This document shows positions 11,614 through 25,229 of a stretch of DNA of 64,000 bases, one piece after another (the stretch's first letter is position 1; each line of letters begins with the position of its first letter). The stretch is from positions 161,324,001 to 161,388,000 of the forward strand of contig OZ024742.1 in NCBI GenBank assembly GCA_964016885.1, given 5' to 3'. Made by a program: the position numbers and the translations under genes. The notes beneath the pieces were generated by a model. That model ran no database searches and was not told the origin of the DNA. It saw only the letters and a list, made by a program, of their open reading frames with translations. Source of the stretch: Eledone cirrhosa (lineage: Eukaryota).

Positions 11614-12505
11614 GTTCTCAATTATGATCTTATTTGATGTATCATATCTACATGCATATATATTTGCATATATAATATGCACACTACACATGCTAGCAGA
11701 AAGCCACCCGGTGGGTGGTTTTTCTGCTAGTCTTAGTAATGAAATATGTAATAATTTCAGTAAATCCATCAAAATTCTTTATTAATTAATTAAAATAGAG
11801 TGTATTTCATTAGAAATGTAGTTATGAAAGGGTTAACACAAATTGCTAAAATAAAAAATCATGATGAAAAGTTTAATATTTAAAAATGAGCAGTAGTGTA
11901 CTCTAAATCCACACTGTTTTCAAGCAATTTAATATTAAAAGGGTTGAGTGTTTTACAGAAGCTATCAATTTTATCTACATGATTTTTTTTTCAGATGGGT
12001 TATGGAACCTACATCTCACATATTTTCCCATGCTTTATCGAGTACATTTTATCATGGCACCAGCACTAGTGAGGTTGTCATGTCTCCTACACATATGAAG
12101 AGTCCTCTTGACACTTTGTTTGGCATGTTTTCTGTGGCTGGATGCCATAAAAAATTACTAACACTATACATAAGTACTTGTGGACTCATGTTGCCAATAA
12201 TGACAGCAATAGCATTGAACGTATTTAATTTTTAGAGTCCAGGATGAGTATGCCATTTATATTCCAGGATATATGAAGTCATACAAACTGAGAAATTTGC
12301 GTTTTGATAATCATCATCATCATCAACATCATCATTATCGTTTAATGTCTATCTTCTACGCTAGCAAGGGTTAGATGGGTTTGTCCTATTTAGAGGCAAG
12401 TTGAGTCGAGTGACCATGTCTCGCTCATATATAGGACTGTAATGGTTTTACACAGGCGAAATAGCTAATGCGGTTTCATGTGGAACAGGACATTAAGAGA
12501 CTTAC

Positions 12506-12675
12506 TTTTCCTGCTTTTCTTTGAATTTCTTCTTTTCTTTGTTCGTTAACTTTCGTTTCTTTTTTGATGGATCAAATTTACCTTTCATTTCAAACTTTGC
12601 CATCTCTACTTTGATTTTTTTACCTCGTACATCGTAGCCATCCAATATTTGCAATGCTAGGCTTACAGATTCTGG
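12506..12675 (-). CDS. HTATSF1: HTATSF1 exon: RRM1 C-part and basic linker (PESVSLALQILDG...EKQE)
   Basis: Acceptor tttcag|CCA, donor AA|gtaag, 170 nt, phases 0/2. ESV-LA--LDG...VE-AKF-KG motif. Confidence 0.93.
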
Positions 12676-12924
12676 CTGAAATATAAAAATGTCTTCAGAA
12701 TGAATCAATTCTTCAGCAACAGTTTCATTATAATTATAATAACTGTTTCTAACATTGACCCAAGACCAGCAATTTGGGGGGAAAGGGAAAGTTGATTATA
12801 TTGACCCCAGTATTTAACTAGTACCTCATTTTATCAACCCAAAAAGGATTAAAGGCAAAGTTGACCTCAGCAGTATATGAACACAAAATTTGAAGAATCA
12901 GAACAAACACCAACAAGTATTTTA

Positions 12925-13740
12925 CTACCACCACTACCGCAATAACACTAACACCATCACCACCACTACCTCTATAACAACATCACCATCACCACCACCT
13001 CTACAACACAAACACTATCACCACTACCACCTCTACAACACCAACACATCACCCCTACAACCTTTACAACACCATCACCACCACCACTTCTACACTAATA
13101 CTATCACCACCACCACCTCTACAGTAATAACACTATCACCATCACCACCACCACCTCTACACCAACACTATCACCACCACCACCACCTCTACAACACCAA
13201 CACCATCACTACCACCATCTCTACACCAACACCATCACCACCTCTACAACACCAACACCATCACCACCATCACCTCTACAACACCAACACAACACCACCA
13301 ACATACATCACCATCATCATCATCATCAAATACAACAACATACTTTATTTTATCGACCAAGATGAAAGGTACAGTTGACCTCAGTGAGATTTGAACTGAG
13401 AATATAAAGTATGAGAACAAACATTGCCAAATATTTTACCAACACTACTAACATTACTAACAACAACAATACCAATAACACCATTAACGCCATCACCAAT
13501 GCAATAACACCATCACCAACAACAACAATACCAATAACACCACCAACATCAACAACACCACCACCAACACTAACAACAACACTAACGACAACACCACCAG
13601 CTTCAACAACACCAGCGGCACCACCAACATCAGCAAAACCAACAACAACAATGATGACAACAATAACAAAACCCCAACTACCACCAACACCAACAACAAC
13701 AAAACCATGACTACCACCAACACCTTCATCAGCTATCATC
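12925..13740. repeat. (ACC/CAA/CAT)n low-complexity trinucleotide tracts
   Basis: Direct inspection; these tracts generate the spurious His/Thr/Val-rich ORFs. Confidence 0.9.
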
Positions 13741-13974
13741 TGCTCTCAGCAGGTAAAATATGATGGACCACTCTATTGCTATCCAGCGTTTAGTACAGGT
13801 GTGTATATAATGGAAATCCAATCTATTCCATTCCGTGGTAGCTGATAGGTCTTGGATGGATATGGAAGCAGGTAAGCCATGGAGGAATATGAACATAGAG
13901 TCAGAATATAGCAGGAAAGATGGACATTAACACATTCATAACCATATTTCTGATAAAATACACTATATAATAGT

Positions 13975-14135
13975 TGTTTCTACTTTTGGCACAAGGCCAG
14001 CAATTATCCCAGTGCATTACTGGTACTTTTATTTTATCGACCCTGTAAGGATGAAAGGGAAAGTTAACCTTAGGGCTGTAGCTCTATGCTGCAAAGCATG
14101 GCATCCGACCTGCTACCGATACTGCCAATCCACCA
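13975..14135 (-). mobile_element. Short tRNA-derived SINE, second family (internally deleted copy)
   Basis: GGCAGTATCGGTAG head, TTTCATCCTTAC-GGGTCGATAAAATAAA body, GGCCTTGTGCCAAAAGTAGAAAC tail. Confidence 0.75.
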
Positions 14136-15229
14136 CCCTCATTAACATCATCATCATCATCAGTTAACAGCTATCTCCCATGCTAGCATGGGTTAGACGG
14201 GTCCCATTTAGAGGCAAGTTGGGTCGGGTGACCGTGTCTTGCTCATACAGGGGTGTTTCTGGCTGGTTTTCTACTGCTGGATGCCCTTCCTAATGCCAAC
14301 CACATTGTCAGTGAAAATTATTATGTACAGTGGTCAGGTGCACTATAACTCATCAAAGGTGCATGTATAGTACATAGAATAATGTACAAAAGTCAGGAAA
14401 GTGAACTGTGTATGAGTCGTGATATACACACAGACACACACATGTGTGTGGAGGAAGAATAGCAGGAAATAATCAAGGAAGAATCTGGAGGAATTTACTA
14501 AATTATTTCAGTACTTAAGATGGTATTTGTAACATAACAAAAAAGTTTCTATATAAAATTATGTTGAATGTTGGAAGATTTTAATTTAAACAGAAATGAA
14601 TGGTTTCACTCCAAAGAACCAGTGGAGGTTTAGAGCAGATTGGTATCGAAAGGTGATATTTTAAGGAAATCTTAGAACTGCACAAATCTTTTAGGCAGTC
14701 TGAGAAACATTTGTAATGGCTATTTTTAACATTTTATGAGTGTTTTAAGTCTTTCAACCATCAATTACAACCACCATCATCATCATCATCATTATTTAAC
14801 ATCCATTTTGCACACTAGCAAGGGAGGTAATTATGACACAAAATGTAATCTTACTGCACAAAATTAGATAAGCCTGCACATTAAAATAATCACTTCATTG
14901 AAATAATTTTATGAGCATTTTAAGTGTTTTAACCATCGTTTACCAAGTAAGTACATGTAGTATTTGACACAAAACATAAACTTGGTGTACACAATTAGAT
15001 TTAGAACTGCACAAAATTAGATTCAGAACTACACAAGCAATGAGCAACTGCACGTTAAAATAATCACTGGGAATATATCTATGAGAGGGTGCTAAAAATG
15101 AAATTGGGAGATGGGTTAAGCTGAGAATTTTTGCAGCAGCTTTTTGTATATCATGCCTTCAAAATTATATCTGAAAACAATCTGGTTAAAAACATTAAAA
15201 AAAAGTAATATATAATATCGACCCTTCCT

Positions 15230-18200
15230 ACGAGTGTCGACAAATGCCCAAAACTCCAAGTTAGTACCATCAATGTAAGCACAATGAAAGGAAGAGCAGG
15301 AGAAATCGTAGAAATGCTAGAGCGAAAGGAAATTGATGTATGCTGTGTGCAAGAGACTAGATGGAGAGGAGAGTCTGCTAGAGTCCTTGTAGGAAAAAGT
15401 CAGTGCTACAAATTTTTCTGGGTGGGAAATGACGATGGGATGGGTGGTGTAGGTATACTATTAGCTGACAAGTGGGTAGATAAAGTAATCTCAGTGTACA
15501 AGAATCATTAAACTCAGACTAGTCCTGAATACAACAATTACCACAATAATATCAGCTTACGCACCCCAATCGGGGTTGCCAGACGAACTTAAGGATAGGT
15601 TTTACGAGTCCCTAATGCACACTACTGCTCTAACAAACGACAATGACTTCCTAATCATCGCAGGAGATTTTAACGGACACGTAGGTAAACACTGTGACGG
15701 CTTCAATAGAGTCCATGGAGACCACGGGGTTGGCACAAGAAATGAAGAAGGATTCAGACTTCTAGAATTCTGCGACGCCAATGACATGTCGATATGTAAC
15801 ACAAACTTCAAAAAATCCAACAACCACCTGATCACCTATAGATCAGGGGAGCATTCTAGTCAGATAGATTTTATCCTCATCAGAGGACGGTCGTAAACAC
15901 AAAAGCCTACCCTAGTGAGGAATGTACCTCCCAACTTAGTTGTCAGCGACCTCACGGTCAGAACTAGATGATCCTGGAAACAGAGGCCAACCTGGAGAAG
16001 AAAGATCTGGAAGCTGAAAGACCCCTCAGCCAGCAACAGATTTAAAGATATTTTACTCAACGCCTACGACAGTAAAGAAGAACAGATAGAGACATTCAAT
16101 GTAGAAGAGCACTGGGAGTTCCTAAAAAATAACTTACTAGAGGCGACGGATGAGATCTGTGGCTGGAGTAAGACCACAAGCAGGAGGAGAGTGACTTGGT
16201 GGTGGAACAATAAGGTAGATAAGGCCAAGAGACAGGCATGGAAAGAATGGAAGAACGGGGTGAGCAGGGTACAAGTATACTTAGCTAGGAGGGAAGCAGA
16301 GGATAGAAAATTCAAGCATGTTTTGCAACGTGAGGACCAGAAACAGGTGTTCAAGATTGCGAGGCAGTGTGTCAGAGAGAATTGTGATGTCATTGGAATG
16401 ATAAAGGTGAGCTTGCCCTCACAAGTGCTGAGAAGAAAGATGCATGGAAGAGCCATTATGATAGATTACTAAATGAGGAGAATGCATGGGAAGAAGAGAA
16501 CCTACCCCAAGTAGACCCTATAGAGGGGCCAGCAGTACAAGTCAGCAGCAGCGTAGTAAGTAAGGCAATCAAAGATATGAAGATGGGGAAGGCAACCGGT
16601 CCATCAGGTATAGCTGCCGAGATGCTGAAGGCATCTGGGTCTGTAGGTCACACGATAACCACACGTACTGTTAACCAGGTAATACTAGAAGGTGTCATAC
16701 CAAAAGATTGGTGCAGTAGCATCATTGGCAACTGCTACAAAGGTAAAGGTGATGCACTAGATAGAGGAAACTATAGAGGTATAAAGCTGATGGACCAGGT
16801 CATGAAAGTAACAGAAAGAGTTATAGCACAGTTGATTAGGGACCGGGTGAAACTAGATGAGATGCAATTTGGGTTTGTACCAGGAAGAGGCACCACTGAT
16901 GCTCTCTTCCTTGTGAGGCAGTTACAGAAAAAGTACCTAGCTAAAAGTAAGCCACTCTACCTGGCATTCGTCGATCTCGAGAAAGCCTTTGACAGAGTTC
17001 CACGTGCTGTAATCTGGTGGGCTCTTAGAAAACTAGGAGTAGATGAATGGCTTGTGAAAGCTGTACAAGCCATGTATAGGGGAGCAGTCAGCAAAGTTAG
17101 GATTAGCAATGAGTATAGCGAGGAATTTAGCGTACAGGTTGGTGTCCACCAGGGCTCTGTTCTTAGCCCTCTCCTGTTCATCATAGTCCTGCAGGCAATA
17201 ACGAAGGAGTTTAAGACCGGATGCCCATGGGAACTCCTGTATGCTGATGACCTCGCACTTATAGCTGAATCTATGGTAGAACTAGAGAAGAAATTCCAAA
17301 CTTGGAAGCAGGGACTAGAAAGAAAGGGTCTCAAAGTCAACATGACAAAGACTAAGGTCCTTGTAAGTAGACGAGAAAACAGAACCCAGATCCCCTCAGG
17401 GAAATGACCTTGCTCAGTATGTAGGAACTCCATTCTCTGCCCCAAATGCAAACAATGGGTACACAAGAGATGTAGCGGGATCTCAGGAAGCTTAATTAAG
17501 AATGTAGGCTTCACATGCAGCAGCTGTGCTGGGACAGCAAGCAGCAAACAGCCACAGGAAACAAGTACCACCAATCTCTGGGAGGGCTCTGTAGAAACAG
17601 CAGATAGCTTCTGCTACCTAGGTGACCAAAATAGCAGCGGAGGTGGGTGTTCAGAAAGTACAATAACTAGGGTAAGAACGGGATGGAAGAAGTTCAGGGA
17701 ACTACTGCCACTGCTAGCTGCAAAAGGCTTCTCCCTCAAAAGGAAAGGCAGACTGTATGATGCGTGTATCCGAATAGCAATGTTACATGGTAGTGAGACC
17801 TGGGCGTTGAAGGTGGAAGACTTACGTAGATTAGAAAGAAATGAAGCCTGCATGCTCCGATGGATGTGTAATAGTAATATACGCGAACGACAAAGCATAA
17901 ATGAATTGAGACTGAAACTGAGCATAAGAGGAATCAAATGCTGTGTGCAGGAGAGGCACTTGCGTTGGTATGGACATGTGATGCGTATGAAGGATGACAG
18001 CTGCATAAAAAGGTGCAGAGCACTAGAAGTCAATGGAAACCGCGGAGTGGGGAGACCCAAGAAGACCTGGGATGAGGTGATAAAAGCCGACCTTGCCCAA
18101 TTACACCTCTCAAAGGCGATGACACACAACCGTGACCTCTGGCGTCACGCAGTAATACAGAGTACCCAACCTCCCATGGGTACAAGCTGAAGCATATAGA

Positions 18201-18497
18201 CAATATGTCCCCACACCCTCCCACTGCAAGGTGGTCGTGGAGGTGCCACGGCAAAAAAAAAGCATCCAGCCCACACTGTAAAGTGGACGTGCAGGCGCCA
18301 CGGAAAAAGCTCCCAGCACTCACTGTAAATGAGGTTGGTGTTAGGAAGAGCATCCAGCTGTAGAAATCAAGCCAAAATCAGTTCCCGTATGAGCAAGGCA
18401 TGGTCTGCCGACCAGACACTGCTCACAACAGAATGACCCGTCTAACCCATGCTAGCATGGAAGAACGGACGTAAAACGATGATGATGATGATGATGA
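15230..18497 (+). pseudogene. Decayed near-full-length RTE LINE (family B)
   Basis: APE, RT, PHD-like and C-terminal pieces split over ORFs 15284, 15576, 16191, 16577 and 17780 by frameshifts and stops; 3' UTR and (GAT)n tail present. Confidence 0.95.
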
Positions 18498-18999
18498 TAA
18501 TAATGTAGCTCTAAAAATATAATTGATGTTATTCCAAACTTGACTTCTTGTCTCTGAGTAAAGTTTTTCTTAAACATCCTACAATAATATTAAGTTAAAA
18601 CGACAAGGTCTGACAAGTTAAGTTCTTGAATATATGTGTGTGTGTGTGTGCCTGTCCTATATATATAAATATGTGTGTGTGTTTACACATATACATGTAC
18701 ATACACAAATACACATATTTAATATATTACTGAGATTACTTTCTGATGTTACTCAGAGTTTCACTGTTTACAACAGATCATGCTGATCAGAATAAATTTG
18801 TGAAATTCCAAGTAACATCACAAAGTCTTCTAGGTAATATACATATATATATATATACAAATAACCTATGGTAGGCACACTTAGTATAGATTTACGTGTT
18901 TAATACATTTAAATTTTGTCTCATTGTGTGAGTAATGAGACAAACAGAGCATAGAGAATATTTCTCCATATAATCCTGTTTTAATATAAACAATATATA

Positions 19000-19332
19000 T
19001 CATCATCATCATCATCATCATCATCGTTTTACGTTCATTCTTCCACACTAGCATGGGTTAGACGGGTTGTCCTGTTGCGAGCAGAGCCAGGTCGGCTGAC
19101 CTTGTCTTGCTCATACGGGAACTGATTCTGGCTTGATTTCTACAACTGGATGCCCCTCCTAACACTAACCTCATTTACAGTGAGTGCTTGTTTTCCGTGG
19201 CGCCTACACAACCACTTTACAGTGTGGACTGGGTGCTTTTTTACCGTGACACCTCCACGACCACTTTGCAGTGGGAGAGGATGGGGGCATATTGTCTATA
19301 TGCTTCAGAGTCGGCTTGTTCCCATGGGAAGT
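19000..19332 (-). mobile_element. 5'-truncated RTE family B 3' end
   Basis: Reverse complement of 18173-18497. Confidence 0.85.
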
Positions 19333-19689
19333 CGGATATATATATATATAGAACTTTATGCTAATGTGATTATTATAGTTACAAAAGCCCCACTGTATCG
19401 TCCTGTGTCTTCTTTATTGTTTGTTTAATGTCAGCCCTGTGTGGCTAATAAAGAAACCGTTATTATTATGGATAGGCAGTATCAGTAGTGTCAGACAAGA
19501 TGCTTCGCTGCATCGAGTTACGACCCTTTGCTTTCTGATTTCCAATCCCTCCAAGGTTAGCAGTGTCAATAAAATAAAGTACCAGTAATGCACTGACGTC
19601 AATTTAAATGACTTTCCCTCTCCCCAAATTGCCAGCCTTGTGCCTATAGTAGAAATTATTATTATTATTCAAGTATTCACAGCATTTAG

Positions 19690-20340
19690 CCAGTCAGCAC
19701 TGTGACTGGTGGAAAATCTATTTTGGCGTTCTATAGAGGATTAGTGGCTGGGAAAAGCTCCACTATTCTTAGAGAGAGCCTGAGTGTCAAAGACAAGTAG
19801 CTAGCCACTCTCTTCTAGAGAGCCTTCAGTCCAGGGCCAATGGATGTCTGAGATTCACACAGAGCAATAAAACCATCCTACATGCACTCATTCAGTGCCC
19901 AAGTATTGTTGACCTATGGGTTTATGTCAAACATCTGCTGTCACATGTAGGACAGATTCATCTATCAACTGAATCTATTGTGAAGATCACCCAGCTGCCT
20001 TTCTTTAATTGGGAAGAGCAGGCAGTTTTATATACCTGGTGGCCATGGTGAAAGAGGTTCTATGGTTGATACAATTGAAGGGGTTGAAGACAAACACTTT
20101 TCTCTTTGGTGAATCCCTCATCAACTTCTTCAAGTTTCACTTGATGAGGAAAATCAGGGCATATTGGCTTCCAGCCATTTTGTTGAACAGTGGATGAGAG
20201 TGGCAAGAGTAGGCCCAAGTGAACGGGCCTACCCTGAGTATAAGCCTGTAAATCAGAGCTGAAGAACTGAGAGAAAGCACTTGCCCTAGCAGTCAGAGTA
20301 ACTGTGATTTTATGGGGTTTTACCACAAGTAGACCTTGGA
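19690..20340 (+). pseudogene. Decayed 3' fragment of an L1/Tx1-like LINE
   Basis: Translated pieces TILHALIQCPSIVDLW (zinc-knuckle-like) and VAMVKEVLW...LINFFKFHLMRKIR resemble L1/Tx1 ORF2 C-termini. Confidence 0.5.
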
Positions 20341-21224
20341 CGTCTCCTTCCTATTGAGGAATACTCATTGTTAACATTTTATTGTTATCTCCCTTTATTA
20401 CTATTAAACCTGTTTACATGCAAAACCAACATACACACACATTCAATGTTTTGTCCTATGCCGTTCTTAATGTTTTCTTAATGTAAACCCTTTGAAACAA
20501 TACAATATATATTTTTTTTTTAATAAATTGGTTCTACTTAGAATACCACCAACACCTTTGATATCAACTCACCCTAAAACAACTCTATTTTTAAAAATCA
20601 CTCATTTAAAGGATTCCTATTTAAATTAAAATCTTCCAACATAATTTTATATAAAATTCATATATTAAGTTACTATCTTAATATATTTGAAATAATTAAT
20701 AATTTTAGTAAATCTCTCGAAATTCTTCATTAAATAATTGAAATAAGGTGTATTTTATTAGAAATATTCTCATAAAAGGCTTAACTTTTTTGTAACCAAC
20801 CCACCAAAAACCAGCTCTGCTTCTATGGAATAAAACCATTCATTTAAAGGAGTTCTATTTCAATTAAAATCTGCCAACAATTTTATCTAAGAACCATATG
20901 TTAAGTTGAAAAAAATGATAATTTTAGTAAATCACCTCAAATCCTTCTTTACTAAATTCAAATAGTGCCCTTCATTAGAAATATGATAATAAAACAGGTA
21001 AATACAATAATAATTTTTAGCTGCCTAATGTAGTGCCCCAGCATGGCCTCAGCCTGTTGGCTGCAACACTTAATAGAGTAATGCAATTTAGCTATAACCT
21101 ATAAATGATAGAAACTGTATTGAACAAATTCCTTGGATTTAACTCCTAAAATTAACACTTAGTCTAGATTCCCATTGCCTTGATACTTAGTTTCTAATAC
21201 AAATGTGACAAATTATTTATTCAC

Positions 21225-21427
21225 CTTGATATAACAACATAATCCGTCCCCTTTCGGTTGACCATTATGATCTTTATATAGTTTGATTTTTGCAGATCTC
21301 TTCATTGGGTCATGCATGATTAGACCACATTTCTTCATTATTGAGAGAAATTCTTCATCAGTGATGTCAAGTGGAAGCCCAGACACATAAACATTCAAAT
21401 TGTGTTTATCTTCAACATGAAACCAAC
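21225..21427 (-). CDS. HTATSF1: HTATSF1 exon: RRM1 N-part (GWFHVEDKHNLNVYVSGLPLDIT...KGDGLCCYIK)
   Basis: Acceptor ttgcag|, donor AAG|gtgaa, 203 nt. RNP2 (VYVSGLP) and RNP1 (KGDGLCCY) are typical of Tat-SF1/Cus2. Confidence 0.95.
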
Positions 21428-21878
21428 CTGCAATACCACAAAAACAACTAAAATGAAAAGGGAAAAAAAAACATTTTTTTTTAAAGATTAATTCGAAGAC
21501 TACAACAAAATAGTCTAGTGACAAAACAATAAATAGAGTTTTATTAGAAAGCAACCATAATGCAATCTCAAATTCAAAGAATCTACTCTAATAGCCAAAC
21601 TAAAATCCCAAATCATCAACAGACTAGAACTCAACACTCAGTGGCTAACATAGACATTCTAATTTAAAAACAGATACAGCCATGGCTCAGATCAGAACAT
21701 AGCTTGAAGCACATACCACATGATCAGCAGGACTTAAACTCAGAATGTAAAGAACCAGAAAATACACTGCTAGACATCTGTCTGACACTCTAATGACCCT
21801 GATAATCCACCACCCAAATTGACAAATATATATAATACACACACCAAGCATATTATAACAGTTAATAATACTTCTTAC

Positions 21879-22092
21879 CAGGATCTTCTGATTTTTGCCC
21901 AGGTTTATACTTGGAGCTTGTGTCACTGGATTTAACCTGTTCATTGCTATTTGAGTCTTGTTTAGGAGTCTCTTCATTATATTCATTATAAACAGCAGTA
22001 GTGGGGGGAGGAGGAACAGCACTATTTGTCATATCATTTGATTCAGCAACACCATAGTTCATCTGGTACTGTGCAATGAAATCTTCATCAAT
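21879..22092 (-). CDS. HTATSF1: HTATSF1 exon (IDEDFIAQYQMNYG...KSEDP)
   Basis: Acceptor tttcag|ATT, donor G|gtaag, 214 nt, phases 0/1 consistent with neighbours. Resembles Tat-SF1 ITEDFIATYQANYG. Confidence 0.9.
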
Positions 22093-22920
22093 CTGAAATA
22101 GTCATACATATAATATGTAAGCATCCTTGCTTATAAAATAGTCATATTTAAAACATGTAGAGGCAGTGAATTGGCAGAGTCATTAAAACATCAGATAGAA
22201 TATTTTACAGCATTCATTCTGATTCTCTGTACACTGAGTTCAAATTCTGCCGAGATCAACTTTGCCTTTCATCCTGTCAAGGTCTTTTACTACTGGAGTC
22301 TATTCGTCCTTTATATCCCTTTGTCAATCTTTCTCTCCTTTACTGATAGAAAATGGCTATGTTCAGACCTGGAAACGGGATTGGCTCCACCAGCTTTAAA
22401 TGCCCAAGACACGCTGTATATCACCATGAAACCCTTATGACTTCATTAAAAGTTATAGATCCATACACAAATATAATGTAAGGAGATCTGCTTGTAGAAT
22501 TTTGAAGAAGAAAAGAGAAAGAGTAAAATGGCAACTTATTTCAACAAACCTTTAAACCATCTTCATACTTAATATTATGGAAGTAGACTGTTTGTTTACA
22601 AATGCATATATTTATCAAAAATACTTCCATCATAATTTTATATACCCTTTGTTATATTCTAAACACAAGTTTAATAATAAGAAATTCTTGATTATTTTCA
22701 AAAGCAACTAAAAATTATAAGCAGTGAAGGTGAATGGCCTATTGATCAGAGTGTTTGACTCATGATCATAAGGTCATGGGTTCAAATCCTGGACCTGACA
22801 TTGCAGTGTGGTCTTGAGCAAGACACTTCTTTTCATATTGCTTTCCATGAAATTTCGTAGTAAGAGACCAATTAAACTTGCATAGGTATGAGCTGGAAAT
22901 TTCAAATTTTTTTTCTCAAT

Positions 22921-23603
22921 ATGTATCGGCAGAGCATAAACGAACTAAGGGAGAAATTAGAAATAAGAGGGATCAGATGTTGTTTACTCGAGAGAAGACT
23001 ACGTTGGTATGGTCACGTGATGCGCATGAAAGACGACGGATGTATAAAAAAGTGCAGGGCAATAAAAATAGACGGTAGCCACGGAGTAGGCAGACCCAGA
23101 AAAACCTGGGACGACTTGATAAATTCCGACCTCACACACTTACACCTCTCCAAGACAATGTCACTGGACCGAGATCTTTGGCGCTACACAGTAATAGAGA
23201 AGACCCGCCTTACCTAAGTACAAAGTGAAACCTACTAGTCAGTAGACACCTCTAACAAAATACACCCCCGTCCCACTACCCCCACCCCATCCACACCACC
23301 CCTTTCAATGTAAAGTTATGTTGGTACCACAACATCCAGCCCGAAACAAATGAGGTCATGTAGGTGTCACGACAAAAAAAACACACAGTCCACGCTGTAA
23401 TGTGGCCGTGTAGGTAACATGGTAAAAACCTCCCAGTTCCACACTGTAAATGGGGTTGGTGTTAGGAAGGGCATCCAGCCGTAGAAAACCCGCCAGACAG
23501 TCCTATGCAAGCAAGACAACCACTCTTGCCTGAAGTGGGAAAACTCCCGTCCAAACCCATGCGAGCGTGGAATATGGACGTTAAACGAAGATGATGATGA
23601 TGA
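22921..23603 (+). mobile_element. 5'-truncated RTE family A copy
   Basis: High identity to 10920-11613, including the ORF end EKTRLT*, 3' UTR and tail. Confidence 0.93.
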
Positions 23604-23815
23604 TTTAGAATAGATACACTATATCCCTGCATGTTATAAGCAGCAACAAAAAGGTTGGTGTCAGGAAGGAGATCCAGCTGTAAAACATTGCCTCAAACAG
23701 TCCCATCCAACCCATGCAAGCACAGAAAAGTTGACGTGAAAACGAAGATGATGATTTTATTGAAAATATTTTAACAAAAGTGTTAAACATGCAGTATTAT
23801 GAAGAAAACCAATAC

Positions 23816-23986
23816 CTTAGGTACATATACTTTCTGTTTAAAATCCCATTCATACACAGTCCCATCTTTATCTGTATAGGTAATTGCAGAGGAGCTTTCT
23901 TGGGGTTCAAGTTTTCCTTGGTTTTCAAGTTCTTGTTGTCGTATTTGCTCATGAAAATCACAGGAGTCCATTGTTCCATTCACATT
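23816..23986 (-). CDS. HTATSF1: HTATSF1 exon: N-terminal region (NVNGTMDSCDFHEQIRQQEL...VYEWDFKQKVYVPK); alternative ATG at 23971
   Basis: Acceptor ttccag|, donor AAG|gtatt. Peptide resembles the Tat-SF1 N-terminus (FDEQLRMQEL...YEWDLDKKAWFPK, from memory). Confidence 0.88.
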
Positions 23987-25229
23987 CTGGAAATCAAAAT
24001 ATTTATTATTATAAGCTGAACAAAATACAACAAAATGGATGACACTTGTTCTCCCATCTTGCTCATGCCATTACCTCCCCAACTGAGCCAAGGACACGAG
24101 CAACCAAATATCATAATAAACTAGCACTGGTGGTATGATAAAACACAACCAGTCCACCATGTAAAGTCCAACCTGGAAGATGATAGTGCTGGTGGAACGA
24201 AAAAAGTTCCCTGTACACGCTGTGAAGTGGTTGCTGTTATAAAAGGCATCCAGCCATAGAAAACCAAGCCAAAAATAGAATGTTAGGCATGTTTCTATGA
24301 CTGGATGCGCTTTGTAATACCAACCACCTTACAGGGTGTACTGGGTGTGTTCTATAATAGCCCCAGTACTAGAGAGTGTGTCATGTAAACAGCCTGACTA
24401 AAGAGTCCTCTCTATCCTCTACTGCCTGTTTAATTGCCATGAGTACATTCTATCATAGCAAAAATGATGTCTCAGTGTGTAAGAAACCTGAGCCTTCTCC
24501 ACTCCATGTAGTCACCACTCTCAAGCTACATTCACTTTTAGTGTAGCAGTGTTTGTACTGGTGGACAGATATTTTGTAGTATAGTAAACTGACAATCAAC
24601 TTAATCCTACGACATCTACTTCATGAGGTTCAGTTTTTTTATGTCATCCTTCACCTCATCTCTTCCTTGGTTTCCCTCTACACATGTTGCATCCAATTTG
24701 AGAGCTCAGCACTTATTTATACAGTTCTCACCATCTTTACATATTACATGACCATACCAATGCCATCCTCTCACTTGCACACTACATTTGACTCCTCAGC
24801 TTTTCACTCAGTGCACAAATTCTCTCTAGTTTAGCAGCCTCTCACAATAAAATCTAACGGATTCTTTAAAAAATTATACTAATATTCTTCTATTATTTTA
24901 CTGGTTTCAGTCATTAGACTGCAGCATGCTGGAGCAGTGCCTTAAAAAGATTTTAGTCAATCATAACGACCCCAGTGTTTATTTATTCAAACTTAGTACT
25001 TGTTTTATCGACTTCTTTTATGTCAAACTACAGAGTCATAAGTATAAACACTGACATATATACATATATAAAATGTGCTATATAGCGATAATCGAAAACA
25101 AACTCTATAAATTTGAAAATACTATTGATATGTTTATTGAATCTAATAGTCCACGAAAATTTGCAGCATAAAAATAAGTTTAGCTATCTGAATAGTCATT
25201 TTTATGTGTAAGTGCATGGAATTGATATA

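Larger units (their letters stand above)
6885..11730 (+). mobile_element. Non-autonomous Helitron-like element enclosing the intact RTE
   Basis: 5' A|TCATAATATAATAAAG. 3' hairpin CCACCC-GGT-GGGTGG followed by CTAG|T. Removing it restores TTAAGTTACTA|TCTTA, as in the uninterrupted MITE copy at ~20665 (A|T insertion, no TSD). Internal CTAATTCTAGCGTA repeats. Confidence 0.72.
6409..11947. mobile_element. Interrupted piggyBac-like MITEs: outer 6409-6547/11833-11947, inner 6544-6884/11731-11836, nested 6594-6821
   Basis: The halves rejoin colinearly with uninterrupted copies elsewhere in the window; TTAA at the junctions. Confidence 0.65.

Noticed and set aside
11692-11730. Rho-independent terminator-like hairpin
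   Set aside because: The context is eukaryotic; it is better explained as the Helitron 3' terminal hairpin plus CTAG.
12890-13739. His/Thr-rich or hydrophobic ORFs (also at 45.3, 52.2-55.0, 57.9 and 63.4 kb)
   Set aside because: Products of microsatellite and low-complexity sequence.
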